This document shows, in pieces, positions 1 to 10,508 of a stretch of 64,000 bases of DNA. The translations under genes were made by a program, and so were the position numbers. The first letter of the stretch is position 1; the number at the start of each line of letters is the position of its first letter. Where the stretch lies: the NCBI GenBank assembly GCA_017938435.1, contig JAGBBO010000008.1, forward strand, positions 143,344 through 207,343, read 5' to 3'. The DNA comes from Alphaproteobacteria bacterium. GTDB lineage: Bacteria > Pseudomonadota > Alphaproteobacteria > Rs-D84 > CACZYB01. Under the pieces are notes generated by a model. The model saw only the letters and a list, made by a program, of their open reading frames with translations, did not search any database and was not told where the DNA came from.

Positions 1-1
1 T

Positions 2-244
2 TATTACAAAAATGTAAATGGTCAAATTCAAAAATGGTTTTTAATTGAATATTTTGGTGATGAATCAGAATTTACCATACCAAATGAAGAACTTGTTGAA
101 TATGAATGGCGAAATTTTTCACTTAATTTAATAAGAAGAGTTGTTCCATTCAAACGAGATGTTTATAGGGCTGTGATTAAGAAAATTAAACCAATTTTAG
201 ATGATATAATAACATCAAAAACATTACTTAAAAAAACTAAATAA
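2..244 (+). CDS. rppH: 3' end of an RppH/NudH-like Nudix RNA pyrophosphohydrolase, 5'-truncated by the window edge
   Basis: Frame 2 is open from the window edge to TAA at 242-244. The tail ...EYEWRNFSLNLIRRVVPFKRDVYRAVIKKI matches the conserved C-terminal V(V/S)FKRDVYRxV segment of RppH. Confidence 0.45.
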   Translation, partial: YYKNVNGQIQKWFLIEYFGDESEFTIPNEELVEYEWRNFSLNLIRRVVPFKRDVYRAVIKKIKPILDDIITSKTLLKKTK

Positions 245-296
245 ATATTGACTTATAATGAATCTTTTCCTATTGTTGTGAATGGAGAGGTTGGTT

Positions 297-2249
297 ATGA
301 AATTTAAAAAATATTTTGAAAAATATCTTAAATATTTGATTTATTTCGTTTTATTTTTGACTATTTTATCTATTTTCCTTGAAAGAAATATTTCCGTTTC
401 AGATATTGCACGAATAAATATTATTTATCATAAAAGGGACAAAGTTGAAATTTATCCTGAAAATTATATATCAAAAGAAGATAGTTTTTATTGTTCTGAA
501 TATGTAAATAAAAAGAATATTTGCACGGTTTTAAATATTAAAATAGATGAAAATAAAACTTGGACTGATGTTAATTTCCATGTAAAGAAACCAAAAGATG
601 CAATTATCACTGTAAATTTATTAGGAAAATATGAAAATTCACCGACAATTCGATACAAAGATTTTCGTGTAAATGCAATGAATATATTTGATGAAATTAA
701 AAATCTTTCACATAAGAATGTTTACCATTATCCCTTTACATATAAGCAAGATAGTGGATATTTTTCCGTGAAAATTGCCCAAGCAATATTAGTTTGGATT
801 ATTTTATTAAAAATTTTGTTTGGTTTGTGTTGTGTTTTTGTAATATATTATTTGATATTTTATCCTAAAAAATTTTTAAAATACTTATCGTATCTATTTG
901 TTTTTACTTTTATTTCTTTGTTAATAGTAATCTTTTTTACAGGAGTAATGTATAGTCCAGATTTGCCATTAGAATCTATTTATGTGGCGGCGTGGACTTT
1001 GTGTTCAAAGGAAAGAATTTTTGGACATATGTTATATATTATTTTAGGAATAGGTTGTGTTATCCCTATATTTATTTTAGCAATAAAATATAAAAAAGTT
1101 TGTTTACCAATTTTATTTTTGTTTGGAAGTATTTATATTTTAAGCAAGACTCCTGTTTTCTATCTTCAGAGTGAAAACTCTATTTACAAAACAAAATATT
1201 TAATTCCTCAGATAACCGAACCAATAAAAAAGAAAAATATTCTTTATATATCTCTTGAAAGTTTTGATGAAGGAATGACGGAAAATCCTGATATATTTGA
1301 TGAACATTTAATTCCAAATTTAAAAGAATTACAAAAAGAAGGTCTTTCTTTTAAAAATTATAATCAAGTGGTTGGAACTCTTCCAACAGTACCATCTTTT
1401 CAATCAACAATGTGTGCTATTCCATTTAAAGAGTTTTCAGCAGAAGAATATTTCTTAAACTCGAAAGCTATTGAAAATAGGGAAATAAAGAAAGCTGTAT
1501 GTCTTCCTGATATATTGAATAAATTTGGATATGAAAATTATATTGTTATTGGTTTTACCCCTGATGCAGAGGGACTTGTTTATTTAATAAATAATCATAA
1601 TTTTAAAGAAGAAAATATTTTTGATAGGAATAAGTTTAGCAGAGATAATTTTATCAAACGCTGGTATTATACCCCTGATTCTGAACTTTATAACAAAGCC
1701 AAAGAAATTATGAGCAATAGTAAAAAGCCATTTTTCATTTCTATTATTACAGCAAATACGCATGGTCCTAAAAAAGGATTGGTTGAAAATGGATGTGAAA
1801 ATAAATATGGCGATATGAGAGATGCTTATCTTTGTCTTGATAAAATAACTGCCGATTTCATAAAATGGATACAAAAACAACCGTTTTATAAAGATACTGT
1901 TATAGTTTTGGCTGGTGATCATAGGCTTTGGTCCAGTATTTTTGATTACCTTAATGTAGATAGTAAAAAATTAAAACAATATGATTATAATAGTTCACAC
2001 GTTTATAATTTATTTTTAAATGTTGATAAAAAATTTGATGGAAAAGTTATCAATAAAAATTATTCACAATTCGATTTTGCCCCTACAATATTAGAAGCTG
2101 CCGGATTTAAACTTTCTGAACCAAAATTTGGGTTAGGTGTTTCTTTGTTAAGTGATAGGCAAACTATTGTCGAAGAAATAGGTAATAAAAATTTTGAAAA
2201 AGAATTGAAACAAGGTATTTATAATTACAACACATTGTTTATAAAATAA
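297..2249 (+). CDS. Polytopic membrane protein with a C-terminal sulfatase-like (alkaline-phosphatase superfamily) domain, LtaS/OpgB-type phosphoglycerol transferase family
   Basis: The N-terminal half has several hydrophobic helices. The C-terminal half has ILYISLESFDEGM, GTLPTVPSF, TANTHGP and VLAGDH, typical of LTA-synthase/MdoB-type transferases. GGAGAGG lies 6 nt before the ATG at 297; an alternative ATG is at 282. Confidence 0.6.
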   Translation: MKFKKYFEKYLKYLIYFVLFLTILSIFLERNISVSDIARINIIYHKRDKVEIYPENYISKEDSFYCSEYVNKKNICTVLNIKIDENKTWTDVNFHVKKPKDAIITVNLLGKYENSPTIRYKDFRVNAMNIFDEIKNLSHKNVYHYPFTYKQDSGYFSVKIAQAILVWIILLKILFGLCCVFVIYYLIFYPKKFLKYLSYLFVFTFISLLIVIFFTGVMYSPDLPLESIYVAAWTLCSKERIFGHMLYIILGIGCVIPIFILAIKYKKVCLPILFLFGSIYILSKTPVFYLQSENSIYKTKYLIPQITEPIKKKNILYISLESFDEGMTENPDIFDEHLIPNLKELQKEGLSFKNYNQVVGTLPTVPSFQSTMCAIPFKEFSAEEYFLNSKAIENREIKKAVCLPDILNKFGYENYIVIGFTPDAEGLVYLINNHNFKEENIFDRNKFSRDNFIKRWYYTPDSELYNKAKEIMSNSKKPFFISIITANTHGPKKGLVENGCENKYGDMRDAYLCLDKITADFIKWIQKQPFYKDTVIVLAGDHRLWSSIFDYLNVDSKKLKQYDYNSSHVYNLFLNVDKKFDGKVINKNYSQFDFAPTILEAAGFKLSEPKFGLGVSLLSDRQTIVEEIGNKNFEKELKQGIYNYNTLFIK

Positions 2250-2350
2250 AAAATCACTTTAAAGATTTTAACCTTCCAAAGTGTTGTAATTGTTTTCCAT
2301 CAATGTATGTTTATATAATATCACGATTCGCAAACTTTTGCAAGATATTT

Positions 2351-2647
2351 TTACAATAGACATGTATTTGTATGAAATTCAACGAATGTTAAAACAGCCC
2401 TGATATAATCATTTTCCCAAATAACATTACAACAAACTTTTCCATTAGAAAGAAAGGTTATTTCTTCGGTATGAGTAAGATTTTCAAAAAAATTTGCCTC
2501 TCGACAAAGTTGTTTTTTAAATTTGAATTTTGCTTCGGCTGTTAACATTTTTTTCCCAGTTGAAGATTCTGCTATTTCCTGACTTTGTTTATCAAGATAG
2601 CCCATAGTTTCCCAACCTGCAATCATTTGATATTTATTTCTTTCCAT
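2351..2647 (-). CDS. Hypothetical small protein
   Basis: ORF with AGGGAGAA Shine-Dalgarno before the internal ATG (MERNKYQ...). No recognisable motif. Confidence 0.4.
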   Translation of the reverse strand: MERNKYQMIAGWETMGYLDKQSQEIAESSTGKKMLTAEAKFKFKKQLCREANFFENLTHTEEITFLSNGKVCCNVIWENDYIRAVLTFVEFHTNTCLL

Positions 2648-2783
2648 ATTATTTCTCCCTTTTTCATAATGCCTTTTTAATATCAAAAATGCAATAAAAA
2701 TAACAATTTTAGGTTTTTGTTGAAATATTTTGCTTTTTATGTTAAATTTTTTCTTATATATATCTAAAAGATAGGAATTTTAA

Positions 2784-3434
2784 ATGGCAAAAATTATTTC
2801 AGCAAAAGAGGCTTGCTCGTTCATTAAATCAGGAATGACAATTCTTATAGGTGGATTTCTTAAATGTGGAACTCCAACCGAAGTTATCAAGGAAATACTT
2901 AAAACTGATATAAAGGATTTAACTGTTGTAGGAAATGATACTTCGTTTGCAGATTCAGATAGAGGTCTTTTGGTTTCGGAAAAAAGATGTAAAAAAGTTA
3001 TTGCATCACATATTGGAATGAACCCTGAAACTGGTCGTCAGATGAATTCAGGGGAATTGGAGGTAGAACTTGTTCCACAGGGAACTTTGTGTGAAAGAAT
3101 TCGTTCTGCAGGTGCTGGGCTAGGGGGTGTTTTAACACCTACTGGAATTGGAACCGAGGTAGAAAAAGGAAAGCAAGTTGTAAATGTCAATGGTCGTGAT
3201 TATCTTTTGGAACTTCCATTAAAAGGTGATGTTGCACTTATCTATGGATCAAAGGTTGATAAGGCAGGAAATATTGCTTTTAATGGAACGACAAGAAATA
3301 CAAATGTTGTAATGGCAACTGCGGCAGATATTGTTATTGTTGAGGCTGAGGAATTTATTGATGGATATCTTAATCCTAACGAGGTTGTAATACCTGGAGT
3401 ATTTGTTAATTACATAATTGTAAAAGGAAAATAA
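2784..3434 (+). CDS. CoA-transferase subunit A (acetate/3-oxoacid CoA-transferase, AtoD/ScoA type)
   Basis: 216 aa. MAKIISAKEA...GMTILIGGF.....P, ...GELEVELVPQGTL.ERIRAGGAG-like and TPTG.GT match family I CoA-transferase alpha subunits. A beta-subunit gene follows directly. Confidence 0.85.
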   Translation: MAKIISAKEACSFIKSGMTILIGGFLKCGTPTEVIKEILKTDIKDLTVVGNDTSFADSDRGLLVSEKRCKKVIASHIGMNPETGRQMNSGELEVELVPQGTLCERIRSAGAGLGGVLTPTGIGTEVEKGKQVVNVNGRDYLLELPLKGDVALIYGSKVDKAGNIAFNGTTRNTNVVMATAADIVIVEAEEFIDGYLNPNEVVIPGVFVNYIIVKGK

Positions 3435-3435
3435 T

Positions 3436-4101
3436 ATGGTAATTTCAAAAGAAGAATTAAGACAATATATTGTAAAACGCGTTGCAAAAGAATTCAAAGA
3501 TGGTGATGTTGTGACACTTGGAATCGGTATGCCAACTGAGGCTGCAAACTATCTTCCTGAAGGTGTGCATATTTCTGTTCAGGCAGAAAATGGAATTGTT
3601 TGTTGTGGTCCAAAACCTGAAATTGGTTTTGAGGATGAACATATCACTGATGCTGGTGGAAATAATGCAACTATTCTACCTGGTGGTGCATTTTTTGATA
3701 GTTCTATGTCATTTACAATGATACGCGGTGGACATATAAATAAAACAGTTCTTGGCTCGCTTCAAGTTGATGAAAATGGAAATCTTGCAAACTACCTTAT
3801 CCCTGGGAAAAAAGTTCCTGGTATGGGTGGAGCAATGGATTTGGTTGTCGGTGCACAAGAAGTTATTGTTGTTATGGATCATTGTGTAAAGGATGGTTCA
3901 CCAAAAATACTTCATAAATGCACTTTGCCACTTACTGCTGTTGGTGCGGTGGATTTAATTATTACCGAAAAATGTGTGATAAAGGTTGAACCAGATGGAC
4001 TTCATCTAAGGGAAGTAAGTCCTTATTCTTCGATTGAAGATATAAAGGCGACAACCGAAGCCGACCTTATTATTGATTCTGACTGTAAGATTTTGAAGTA
4101 G
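3436..4101 (+). CDS. CoA-transferase subunit B (AtoA/ScoB type)
   Basis: 221 aa. LGIGMPT, ...SVQAENGI... (catalytic Glu context) and GMGGAMDLV are hallmarks of the beta subunit. The start lies 2 nt after the subunit A stop. Confidence 0.85.
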   Translation: MVISKEELRQYIVKRVAKEFKDGDVVTLGIGMPTEAANYLPEGVHISVQAENGIVCCGPKPEIGFEDEHITDAGGNNATILPGGAFFDSSMSFTMIRGGHINKTVLGSLQVDENGNLANYLIPGKKVPGMGGAMDLVVGAQEVIVVMDHCVKDGSPKILHKCTLPLTAVGAVDLIITEKCVIKVEPDGLHLREVSPYSSIEDIKATTEADLIIDSDCKILK

Positions 4102-4111
4102 GAGGAATATT

Positions 4112-4759
4112 ATGGAAAAAAAAGAGAAGAAAGTAAAAGGGTGGTGGAAAAAATATTGCAAAAAACATAATCTTGATAGAAAAGATGCCAAGTATTTTTG
4201 TTTAGTATTACTTATTTGTATTTATTTTGTTTTTCTCATTAACGAACTTGCTGGTCAATTAATAAAAGCAAGTTATGAAGAAGCAAGTTATGCTAGGTGT
4301 CTTGAAGATAGAGAACAAAAAAGTATTGCTTATTGTAAATGTTCAAAAAAAATAATAAACAATGTATTATCTTCTTCATCTTTAATCAAATTTTTGGGTG
4401 AATATTATAATAAATCTATAAAAAATAAAATAAGATCACAATTATCATCATGTCGTTATTTATTGAATAAAGAAATTGATGATGAAATGATGAAGTCTGT
4501 AAAAAAACATTTCAAAAAATCTTTTGGGTATACATGTACAGATGGATTTAAATCAAAAGATAAAAATGATAAATGCCATTGTGTATTTGATAAAATTGAA
4601 TTTTCTATGACAGAAGAAAATTGGAAAACAATTTATTATTGTGGGGATGATAATATATCTTTAAATTGTGTTAATAATATATCAATTATAAATAAATATC
4701 TTGAAAACGCTATAATAAGTTGTAAAGCCCATAATATTCCAAAATATAAATCAAAATAA
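4112..4759 (+). CDS. Hypothetical N-terminally membrane-anchored Cys-rich protein
   Basis: Strong AGGAGG SD. A lysine-rich N-terminus is followed by one hydrophobic helix (FCLVLLICIYFVFLI) and a soluble region with many Cys residues. No family recognised. Confidence 0.5.
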   Translation: MEKKEKKVKGWWKKYCKKHNLDRKDAKYFCLVLLICIYFVFLINELAGQLIKASYEEASYARCLEDREQKSIAYCKCSKKIINNVLSSSSLIKFLGEYYNKSIKNKIRSQLSSCRYLLNKEIDDEMMKSVKKHFKKSFGYTCTDGFKSKDKNDKCHCVFDKIEFSMTEENWKTIYYCGDDNISLNCVNNISIINKYLENAIISCKAHNIPKYKSK

Positions 4760-4833
4760 CTTCTTAGGAATATCAGATTATTGCCGAATCCTTGAACCTA
4801 ATCTAATATGCGATTGAGGTTTAAGGAGGCAAT

Positions 4834-5961
4834 ATGGATAGAAATAAAAAAATCAAAATTATCATTATGTTGTTACTTCTGTTCATTTTTGGAGTAATGT
4901 TTTACAAATATTATGTGATAGGAGAAAAAGAAAATGCAGATGTTGGAAGTGATAATATTGTGGTTAGTATACAAAAAATTGAACCACAAAATGTAACAAT
5001 TTCAAAAGAATATGTTGGAATTGTGACACCAATAAATTCAGTTTCTGTTTTACCTTTTATTTCTGGATTTATTGATAAAGTTTTGGTATCTGGTGGGCAA
5101 AATGTAAAAATAGGAGATGTGCTTTTTATTATAAGACAAGCAAAATACAAAGCTGCGGTTGATTCTGCATATGCAAGTGTATTAGAGGCAAAAGCAAATT
5201 TTGAAAATGCAAAAACTTTCTATGAACGAATGCAACAAGCCGGAAGTAAGGCCGTTTCAAAAACTGATATTGATAATGCAAGGACAGCCTATCTTTCAGC
5301 CGAAGCGGCATTGACTTCGGCAAAATCAAACTATGATTTAAGTAGAATAAATTACGATTATACAATAATTGCCTCACCTATAAATGGTATAGTTGGAGAT
5401 GTGGCAATAACTACTGGGGATTATGTTTCACCGAACGGAAATCCTTTGGTAAAAATTATTCAATTTAATCCAATTAGAGTTGTGTTTTCTATTGCTGATA
5501 AGGAATATATAAGTGAAATGAAGTCTAATCCTCAAAATATATTTAAAAATTGGATTGTAAAACTTAGACTTTCAAATAAAAAAATTTACGATAACATTGG
5601 AAAAATTCGCTTTCTTGACAATGAAGTTTCTTCTGCGACAAGTTCCGTAAAGGTTTATGCTGATTTTTCAAATCCAGATAAAATCTTGATTGCAAATTCT
5701 TATGTCGATGTAATTATGGAAAAGAATTTAAAAAATGCAATTTTAATCCCTCAAAGTGCTGTTTATTTTAAACCAGAAGGAACCTTTGTTTATGTATTAA
5801 AAGATAATAAAGCAAAAAAAGTATTTGTTGATATAGGACCTACTATTGAAAATAATTTTGTTATTGAAAATGGACTTTTTAAAGGGGATGAGTTAATTCT
5901 TAACACTCTTTCCGAAATGGATTTAAAACAAAATCTTTATGCAAAGAAAGAGGAGGAGTAA
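4834..5961 (+). CDS. RND efflux periplasmic adaptor (membrane fusion protein)
   Basis: 375 aa with an N-terminal anchor helix. It has lipoyl/hairpin-type sequence (...GDVLFIIRQAKYKAAVDSAYASVLEAKANFENAK...A.L..AK.NYD.SRINYDYT.I.SPI.G.VG) and sits directly upstream of an AcrB-type pump. Confidence 0.85.
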   Translation: MDRNKKIKIIIMLLLLFIFGVMFYKYYVIGEKENADVGSDNIVVSIQKIEPQNVTISKEYVGIVTPINSVSVLPFISGFIDKVLVSGGQNVKIGDVLFIIRQAKYKAAVDSAYASVLEAKANFENAKTFYERMQQAGSKAVSKTDIDNARTAYLSAEAALTSAKSNYDLSRINYDYTIIASPINGIVGDVAITTGDYVSPNGNPLVKIIQFNPIRVVFSIADKEYISEMKSNPQNIFKNWIVKLRLSNKKIYDNIGKIRFLDNEVSSATSSVKVYADFSNPDKILIANSYVDVIMEKNLKNAILIPQSAVYFKPEGTFVYVLKDNKAKKVFVDIGPTIENNFVIENGLFKGDELILNTLSEMDLKQNLYAKKEEE

Positions 5962-5964
5962 ATT

Positions 5965-8900
5965 ATGAATTTTTCTTCCTTTTTTATTAAAAGGCCAAGA
6001 TTTGCAATAGTAATTGCTTTGGTTATGATTTTATTTGGTTTAATGTCTTTGATAGTTTTACCAGTATCAGAATATCCTCAAATAACACCTCCTCAAATTT
6101 TGGTAAAAGCAGTTTATCCAGGAGCAAATGCTTCAACTATTATGAATACTGTTGCTATTCCAATAGAAAATGCTGTTAATGGTGTAGAAAATATGCTTTA
6201 TATGTCATCTACATCTGATGATAATGGACTTTATCAATTAACAATTACTTTCAATATTGGAACGGATGCTGATATTGCCCAAGTTAAAGTGGAAAATAGA
6301 CTTCAACAGATAAATTCTATTTTACCAGAAGTTGTGATGAAAGAGGGATTGACTATAAAAACACAATCATCAAACATTTTAGGAATGATTGTGCTAAGGT
6401 CACCAAATAATACATATGATAACCTTTATTTAAGTAATTTTGCATATACAAATATTCAAAACCCACTTAGTCGTGTTAATGGGGTTAGTGATGTAAATAT
6501 TTATGGCCCGCAAAATAGTATCCGAGTTTGGATGAATCCTTTGAAAATGGCATCTATTGGACTTTCATCTCAAGACATTATAAAGGCTATTTCGAATCAA
6601 AATATTCAAGCAGGAGTTGGAAGTATAGGTAGCGTGCCTTCTGCAAAAGATACTAATTTAGTGCTTTCACTTATGGCGTATGGGCAACTTAATAGTGTAT
6701 CTGAATTTGAAAATATTATTGTTGCTACAGGAAATGATGGTGCGATTGTAAGATTAAAAGATGTTGCAAAGGTAGAAATAGGTGCGGATAGTTATACTAT
6801 ACAATCAAGTTTTAATAATTCTCCATCTGTCATTATAGGACTTAGTCAAACACCAAATAGCAATAGTTTACAAGTTATGCAAAATCTTAAAAAAGAAATG
6901 GAAAGATTAAAATCTTCCTTTCCTGAAGATATGGAATTTGAAGTAGTTTATGATTCAACTAAATATGTAAGAGCAAGTATTGAAGGTATTGTTTATACAT
7001 TATTTTTAACATTTATTTTAGTGGTTTTAGTTGTATATATATTCTTGCAAAATCCATGGGCTACACTTATCCCTACTATTACAATACCAGTATCATTGAT
7101 TGCAACTTTTACAGTAATTTATTTATTAGGGTTCAATATAAATATATTAACTTTGTTTGCTATGATTTTAGCAATAGGATTGGTTGTAGATGATGCTATT
7201 GTTGTTGTGGAACGGGTTGAATATCTTATGGAAACAGAAAATCTTGATAGTGTAAAAGCATCTGAAAAAGCAATGGAACAAATCAGTGGAGCCGTTGTCG
7301 CGACGACATTAGTTTTATTATCAATATTTATTCCAGTTGGATTGATGGCTGGATTGACTGGTGAAATATACAAACAATTTGCCGTAACTATTGCAACAGC
7401 AGTCAGTTTTTCATCAATAAATGCATTGACTTTAAGTCCTGCACTTTGTGCAATATTTTTAAGTAGGAAATATAATTTTAAGCCCAAATTTTTTATTTGG
7501 TTTGATAATATTTTGGAAATTTCAAAGAAAAAATATTTAATATTTGTTGAATTTTTTTGCACTAAAATGAAAATATCTTTGATAATTATTTTCAGTGTAA
7601 TTATTGGAATTTATTATCTTTTTCAAATAGTTCCAACATCTTTTATACCACAGGAAGATCAAGGTTTAATTCTTACCAATATACAACTTAGTGATAATGC
7701 GAGTTTAAATCAAACAAAGAAGATACTTGCTGATATTTCAGATAAAGCATTATCTGAAAAAGGTGTCGATTTTTTCATAGGAATTTCTGGAACAAGTTTT
7801 GCAAGTGGAAGTGGTGAAAATATCGGTATGGGAGTTATTGGATTAAGTGATTGGGATAAAAGGACTTCTAAAAAACTTTCACAATCATATTTAGAGGAAA
7901 AATTTAGAACATATTACAAAAACAATATGAATGCGAATATTGACTTTTATTCTTTACCATCAATTCCAGGAGTTGGAAATGCAAACGGTTTAACATTTCA
8001 ATTAAATGCTTTCAATCAATCATTAACTGTTGATGATTTACATAAAGTATTAGAAAAATTTTTATATGAAATAAACAAGTCACCAATTTTTAACTATGCC
8101 TTTTCTGGATTTACTGCTGGAACATCTCATATACTAGTAAATTTAGATAGAACTAAACTTGAAAGTTTAAATGTTCCTGTATCAACATTTTTTAATGTAT
8201 TACAAGCAACTTTAGGTTCAAGTTATGTCAATAATATCACATCGTTAGGACAAATAAATAAAGTAATAGTTCAATCAGATTTTTCATATAGAAAGAACTT
8301 TTCTGATGTGGAAAATATTTATATAAAATCAAATTTAGGAAAATTGATACAGGTAAAGGAGGTAGCTACACTTTCAACCTTGCTTGTCCCAAAGATTTTC
8401 TCTAGATTTAATCAATATTTAAGTGCATCAATAACTGCTGCAACAAAAGAAAATATAAGCACCGGTGAAGCAATTAAAGAAATACAAAATATGGCAAAAA
8501 AACTGGGTCGAGATTATTCTATATCGTGGACGGGATTAAGTTTACAAGAAGTTGAAACACAAGGTTTAATTGTTATATTGATTGCACTTGCTTTTATATT
8601 CGGATATTTATTTCTAGTTGCACTTTATGAAAGTTGGCTTGTCGCATTATCGGTAATGTTTTCAAATATTTTTGCAATAATAGGAGCGTTAATTGGACTT
8701 TTGATTTTGGATTTACCACTTTCCATTTATGCTCAACTTGGAATAGTTTTACTTATTGGATTGGCAAGTAAAAATGCTATCTTAATTGTGGAATTTACTC
8801 TTGATTATAGAAAAAAAGGCTATGATATATTGAAATCAGCATTAACCGGAGCAGGAGAAAGATTTCGTGCCGTTTTAATGACAGCATTTACCTTTATACT

Positions 8901-9075
8901 AGGCGTTTTCCCTATGGTTGTAGCAAAAGGAGCAGGGGCAGCATCACAGGTTTCTATGGGAACAAGTGTGTTTTTTGGAATGATATTTGCGACAAGTATT
9001 GGTGTTGTATTCATTCCTGTATTATTCGCTTTTTTTGATAAAATTATTGATAAATTTTCAAATAAAAAAAACTGA
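5965..9075 (+). CDS. RND multidrug efflux permease (AcrB/HAE1 family)
   Basis: 1036 aa. N-terminus MNFSSFFIKRPRFAIVIALVMILFG. Twelve-TM layout with two large loops; GLVVDDAIVVVE motif in TM4. Confidence 0.9.
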   Translation: MNFSSFFIKRPRFAIVIALVMILFGLMSLIVLPVSEYPQITPPQILVKAVYPGANASTIMNTVAIPIENAVNGVENMLYMSSTSDDNGLYQLTITFNIGTDADIAQVKVENRLQQINSILPEVVMKEGLTIKTQSSNILGMIVLRSPNNTYDNLYLSNFAYTNIQNPLSRVNGVSDVNIYGPQNSIRVWMNPLKMASIGLSSQDIIKAISNQNIQAGVGSIGSVPSAKDTNLVLSLMAYGQLNSVSEFENIIVATGNDGAIVRLKDVAKVEIGADSYTIQSSFNNSPSVIIGLSQTPNSNSLQVMQNLKKEMERLKSSFPEDMEFEVVYDSTKYVRASIEGIVYTLFLTFILVVLVVYIFLQNPWATLIPTITIPVSLIATFTVIYLLGFNINILTLFAMILAIGLVVDDAIVVVERVEYLMETENLDSVKASEKAMEQISGAVVATTLVLLSIFIPVGLMAGLTGEIYKQFAVTIATAVSFSSINALTLSPALCAIFLSRKYNFKPKFFIWFDNILEISKKKYLIFVEFFCTKMKISLIIIFSVIIGIYYLFQIVPTSFIPQEDQGLILTNIQLSDNASLNQTKKILADISDKALSEKGVDFFIGISGTSFASGSGENIGMGVIGLSDWDKRTSKKLSQSYLEEKFRTYYKNNMNANIDFYSLPSIPGVGNANGLTFQLNAFNQSLTVDDLHKVLEKFLYEINKSPIFNYAFSGFTAGTSHILVNLDRTKLESLNVPVSTFFNVLQATLGSSYVNNITSLGQINKVIVQSDFSYRKNFSDVENIYIKSNLGKLIQVKEVATLSTLLVPKIFSRFNQYLSASITAATKENISTGEAIKEIQNMAKKLGRDYSISWTGLSLQEVETQGLIVILIALAFIFGYLFLVALYESWLVALSVMFSNIFAIIGALIGLLILDLPLSIYAQLGIVLLIGLASKNAILIVEFTLDYRKKGYDILKSALTGAGERFRAVLMTAFTFILGVFPMVVAKGAGAASQVSMGTSVFFGMIFATSIGVVFIPVLFAFFDKIIDKFSNKKN

Positions 9076-9086
9076 GGTAATAAAAA

Positions 9087-10508
9087 ATGAAATATAAATT
9101 TTTCTTATTATTAACTCTTTGTGCATGCAGTGTTGGACCTGATTATAGTTATAAAAAATTTTTTGAAGATGATGAAATTCAAAAATCTATTGGACTTAAT
9201 AAAATAGAAAACGATACTGAAAAATATGCTTTTTCTTTGTATGATTTTAATGATCAAGCCTTAAATACTTTGATGGATGAGGTGCAAGAAAATAGTAGCA
9301 CTATAAAGATAGCAATTTTGAAATTAAAGCAAGCAAGGGAAAGTTTAAGTATTGCTTTTAAAAATAATCTTCCTTTATTTGATTTTACAGGAAAATATAA
9401 CTTTTTAAATGAAAACAAAAATGCTGGGAATTTAATGGCTACTGACTATTACCAAACTGGCATAGATATGTCATGGGAAATAGATATTTTTGGTGGTGGC
9501 AGACGTCAAACAGAAGCATCTAAAGCAAAATATATGGCTATGCTTTATAACCTTAAAAATGTAAATGTATCTTTGGTATCCGAAGTAGCGATGAATTATA
9601 TAAATTTACGGAATATGGAACAACAATTATTTAATGCTAAAGAAAATTTAAAAATGCAGGAGGAAGCATATGAACTTATAAATAATCAATATAATGTTTC
9701 ACTTACTGATGAAATTACTTTATCGCAATCAAAATATCTTTTGGAAACAACAAAAATGTCAATTCCAAAGCTGGAATATCAAAGAAATATGTATAAAAAT
9801 TCCCTTGCTATTTTAATAGGTAAATTACCAGAAGATATAAATGATATTCTTGGAAAAACCAATCAAAATATAATAAACCAAATTTTTGATTTAAATTTAG
9901 ATAATCTTTATAATTTACCAGTTTCTGTTATAAGAAATAGGCCTGATGTTAAAATTGCAGAGGAAAATATCATAGCCCAAAATGCAGAAATTGGGGTGGC
10001 TATAAGTAAACTTTACCCATCCGTTTCCTTATCATCATTTTTCGGATTTCAATCATTAAAATGGAGTAATTTAATAGATAATGATAGTTGGGTAAATAGT
10101 TTAATTCCTGGTTTGAATTTACCAATTTTTCACTGGAATCAACTTAACAATAATGTGAATATTCAAAAATATTTAAAGGAAGAAATGCTACTTTCTTATA
10201 AGAAAACATTACTTAACGCAATAAGTGAAGTTAAAAATTCTATTGATGCAATAGAAAAAGGATATCAAATAGGACAAGCTGCAACAAAAGCCTTTGAAAA
10301 TATGAAAATTGTATCGGATCTTAATTGGCAAAAATATAAACTTGGACTTATTAGTTATAATGATGTATTAGATGCTGAACAAAGAAGGATTTCTGCTCAG
10401 GCTGATATGGTAAATGCAAACGCAAATCTTTATTTATCCTTAGTTAATTTTTATAAAGCTATTGGAGGGAAACCCATAAAGGAGATTAACAATGATTTCA
10501 AAAACTAA
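9087..10508 (+). CDS. Outer-membrane efflux factor lipoprotein (NodT/OprM family)
   Basis: 473 aa. Lipobox-like LLLTLCAC followed by SVGPDY, which is conserved at mature N-termini of NodT-family proteins. Two TolC-type repeats; third gene of the RND operon. Confidence 0.8.
   Translation: MKYKFFLLLTLCACSVGPDYSYKKFFEDDEIQKSIGLNKIENDTEKYAFSLYDFNDQALNTLMDEVQENSSTIKIAILKLKQARESLSIAFKNNLPLFDFTGKYNFLNENKNAGNLMATDYYQTGIDMSWEIDIFGGGRRQTEASKAKYMAMLYNLKNVNVSLVSEVAMNYINLRNMEQQLFNAKENLKMQEEAYELINNQYNVSLTDEITLSQSKYLLETTKMSIPKLEYQRNMYKNSLAILIGKLPEDINDILGKTNQNIINQIFDLNLDNLYNLPVSVIRNRPDVKIAEENIIAQNAEIGVAISKLYPSVSLSSFFGFQSLKWSNLIDNDSWVNSLIPGLNLPIFHWNQLNNNVNIQKYLKEEMLLSYKKTLLNAISEVKNSIDAIEKGYQIGQAATKAFENMKIVSDLNWQKYKLGLISYNDVLDAEQRRISAQADMVNANANLYLSLVNFYKAIGGKPIKEINNDFKN

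Noticed and set aside
7119-7562. Numerous 60-170-aa antisense ORFs inside large genes (the RND pump, secA, dnaE, eno, the 956-aa gene, paralog 3 and others).
   Set aside because: They are fully nested opposite well-supported conserved CDSs, have no SD and show skewed composition. This is expected background in an AT-rich genome.
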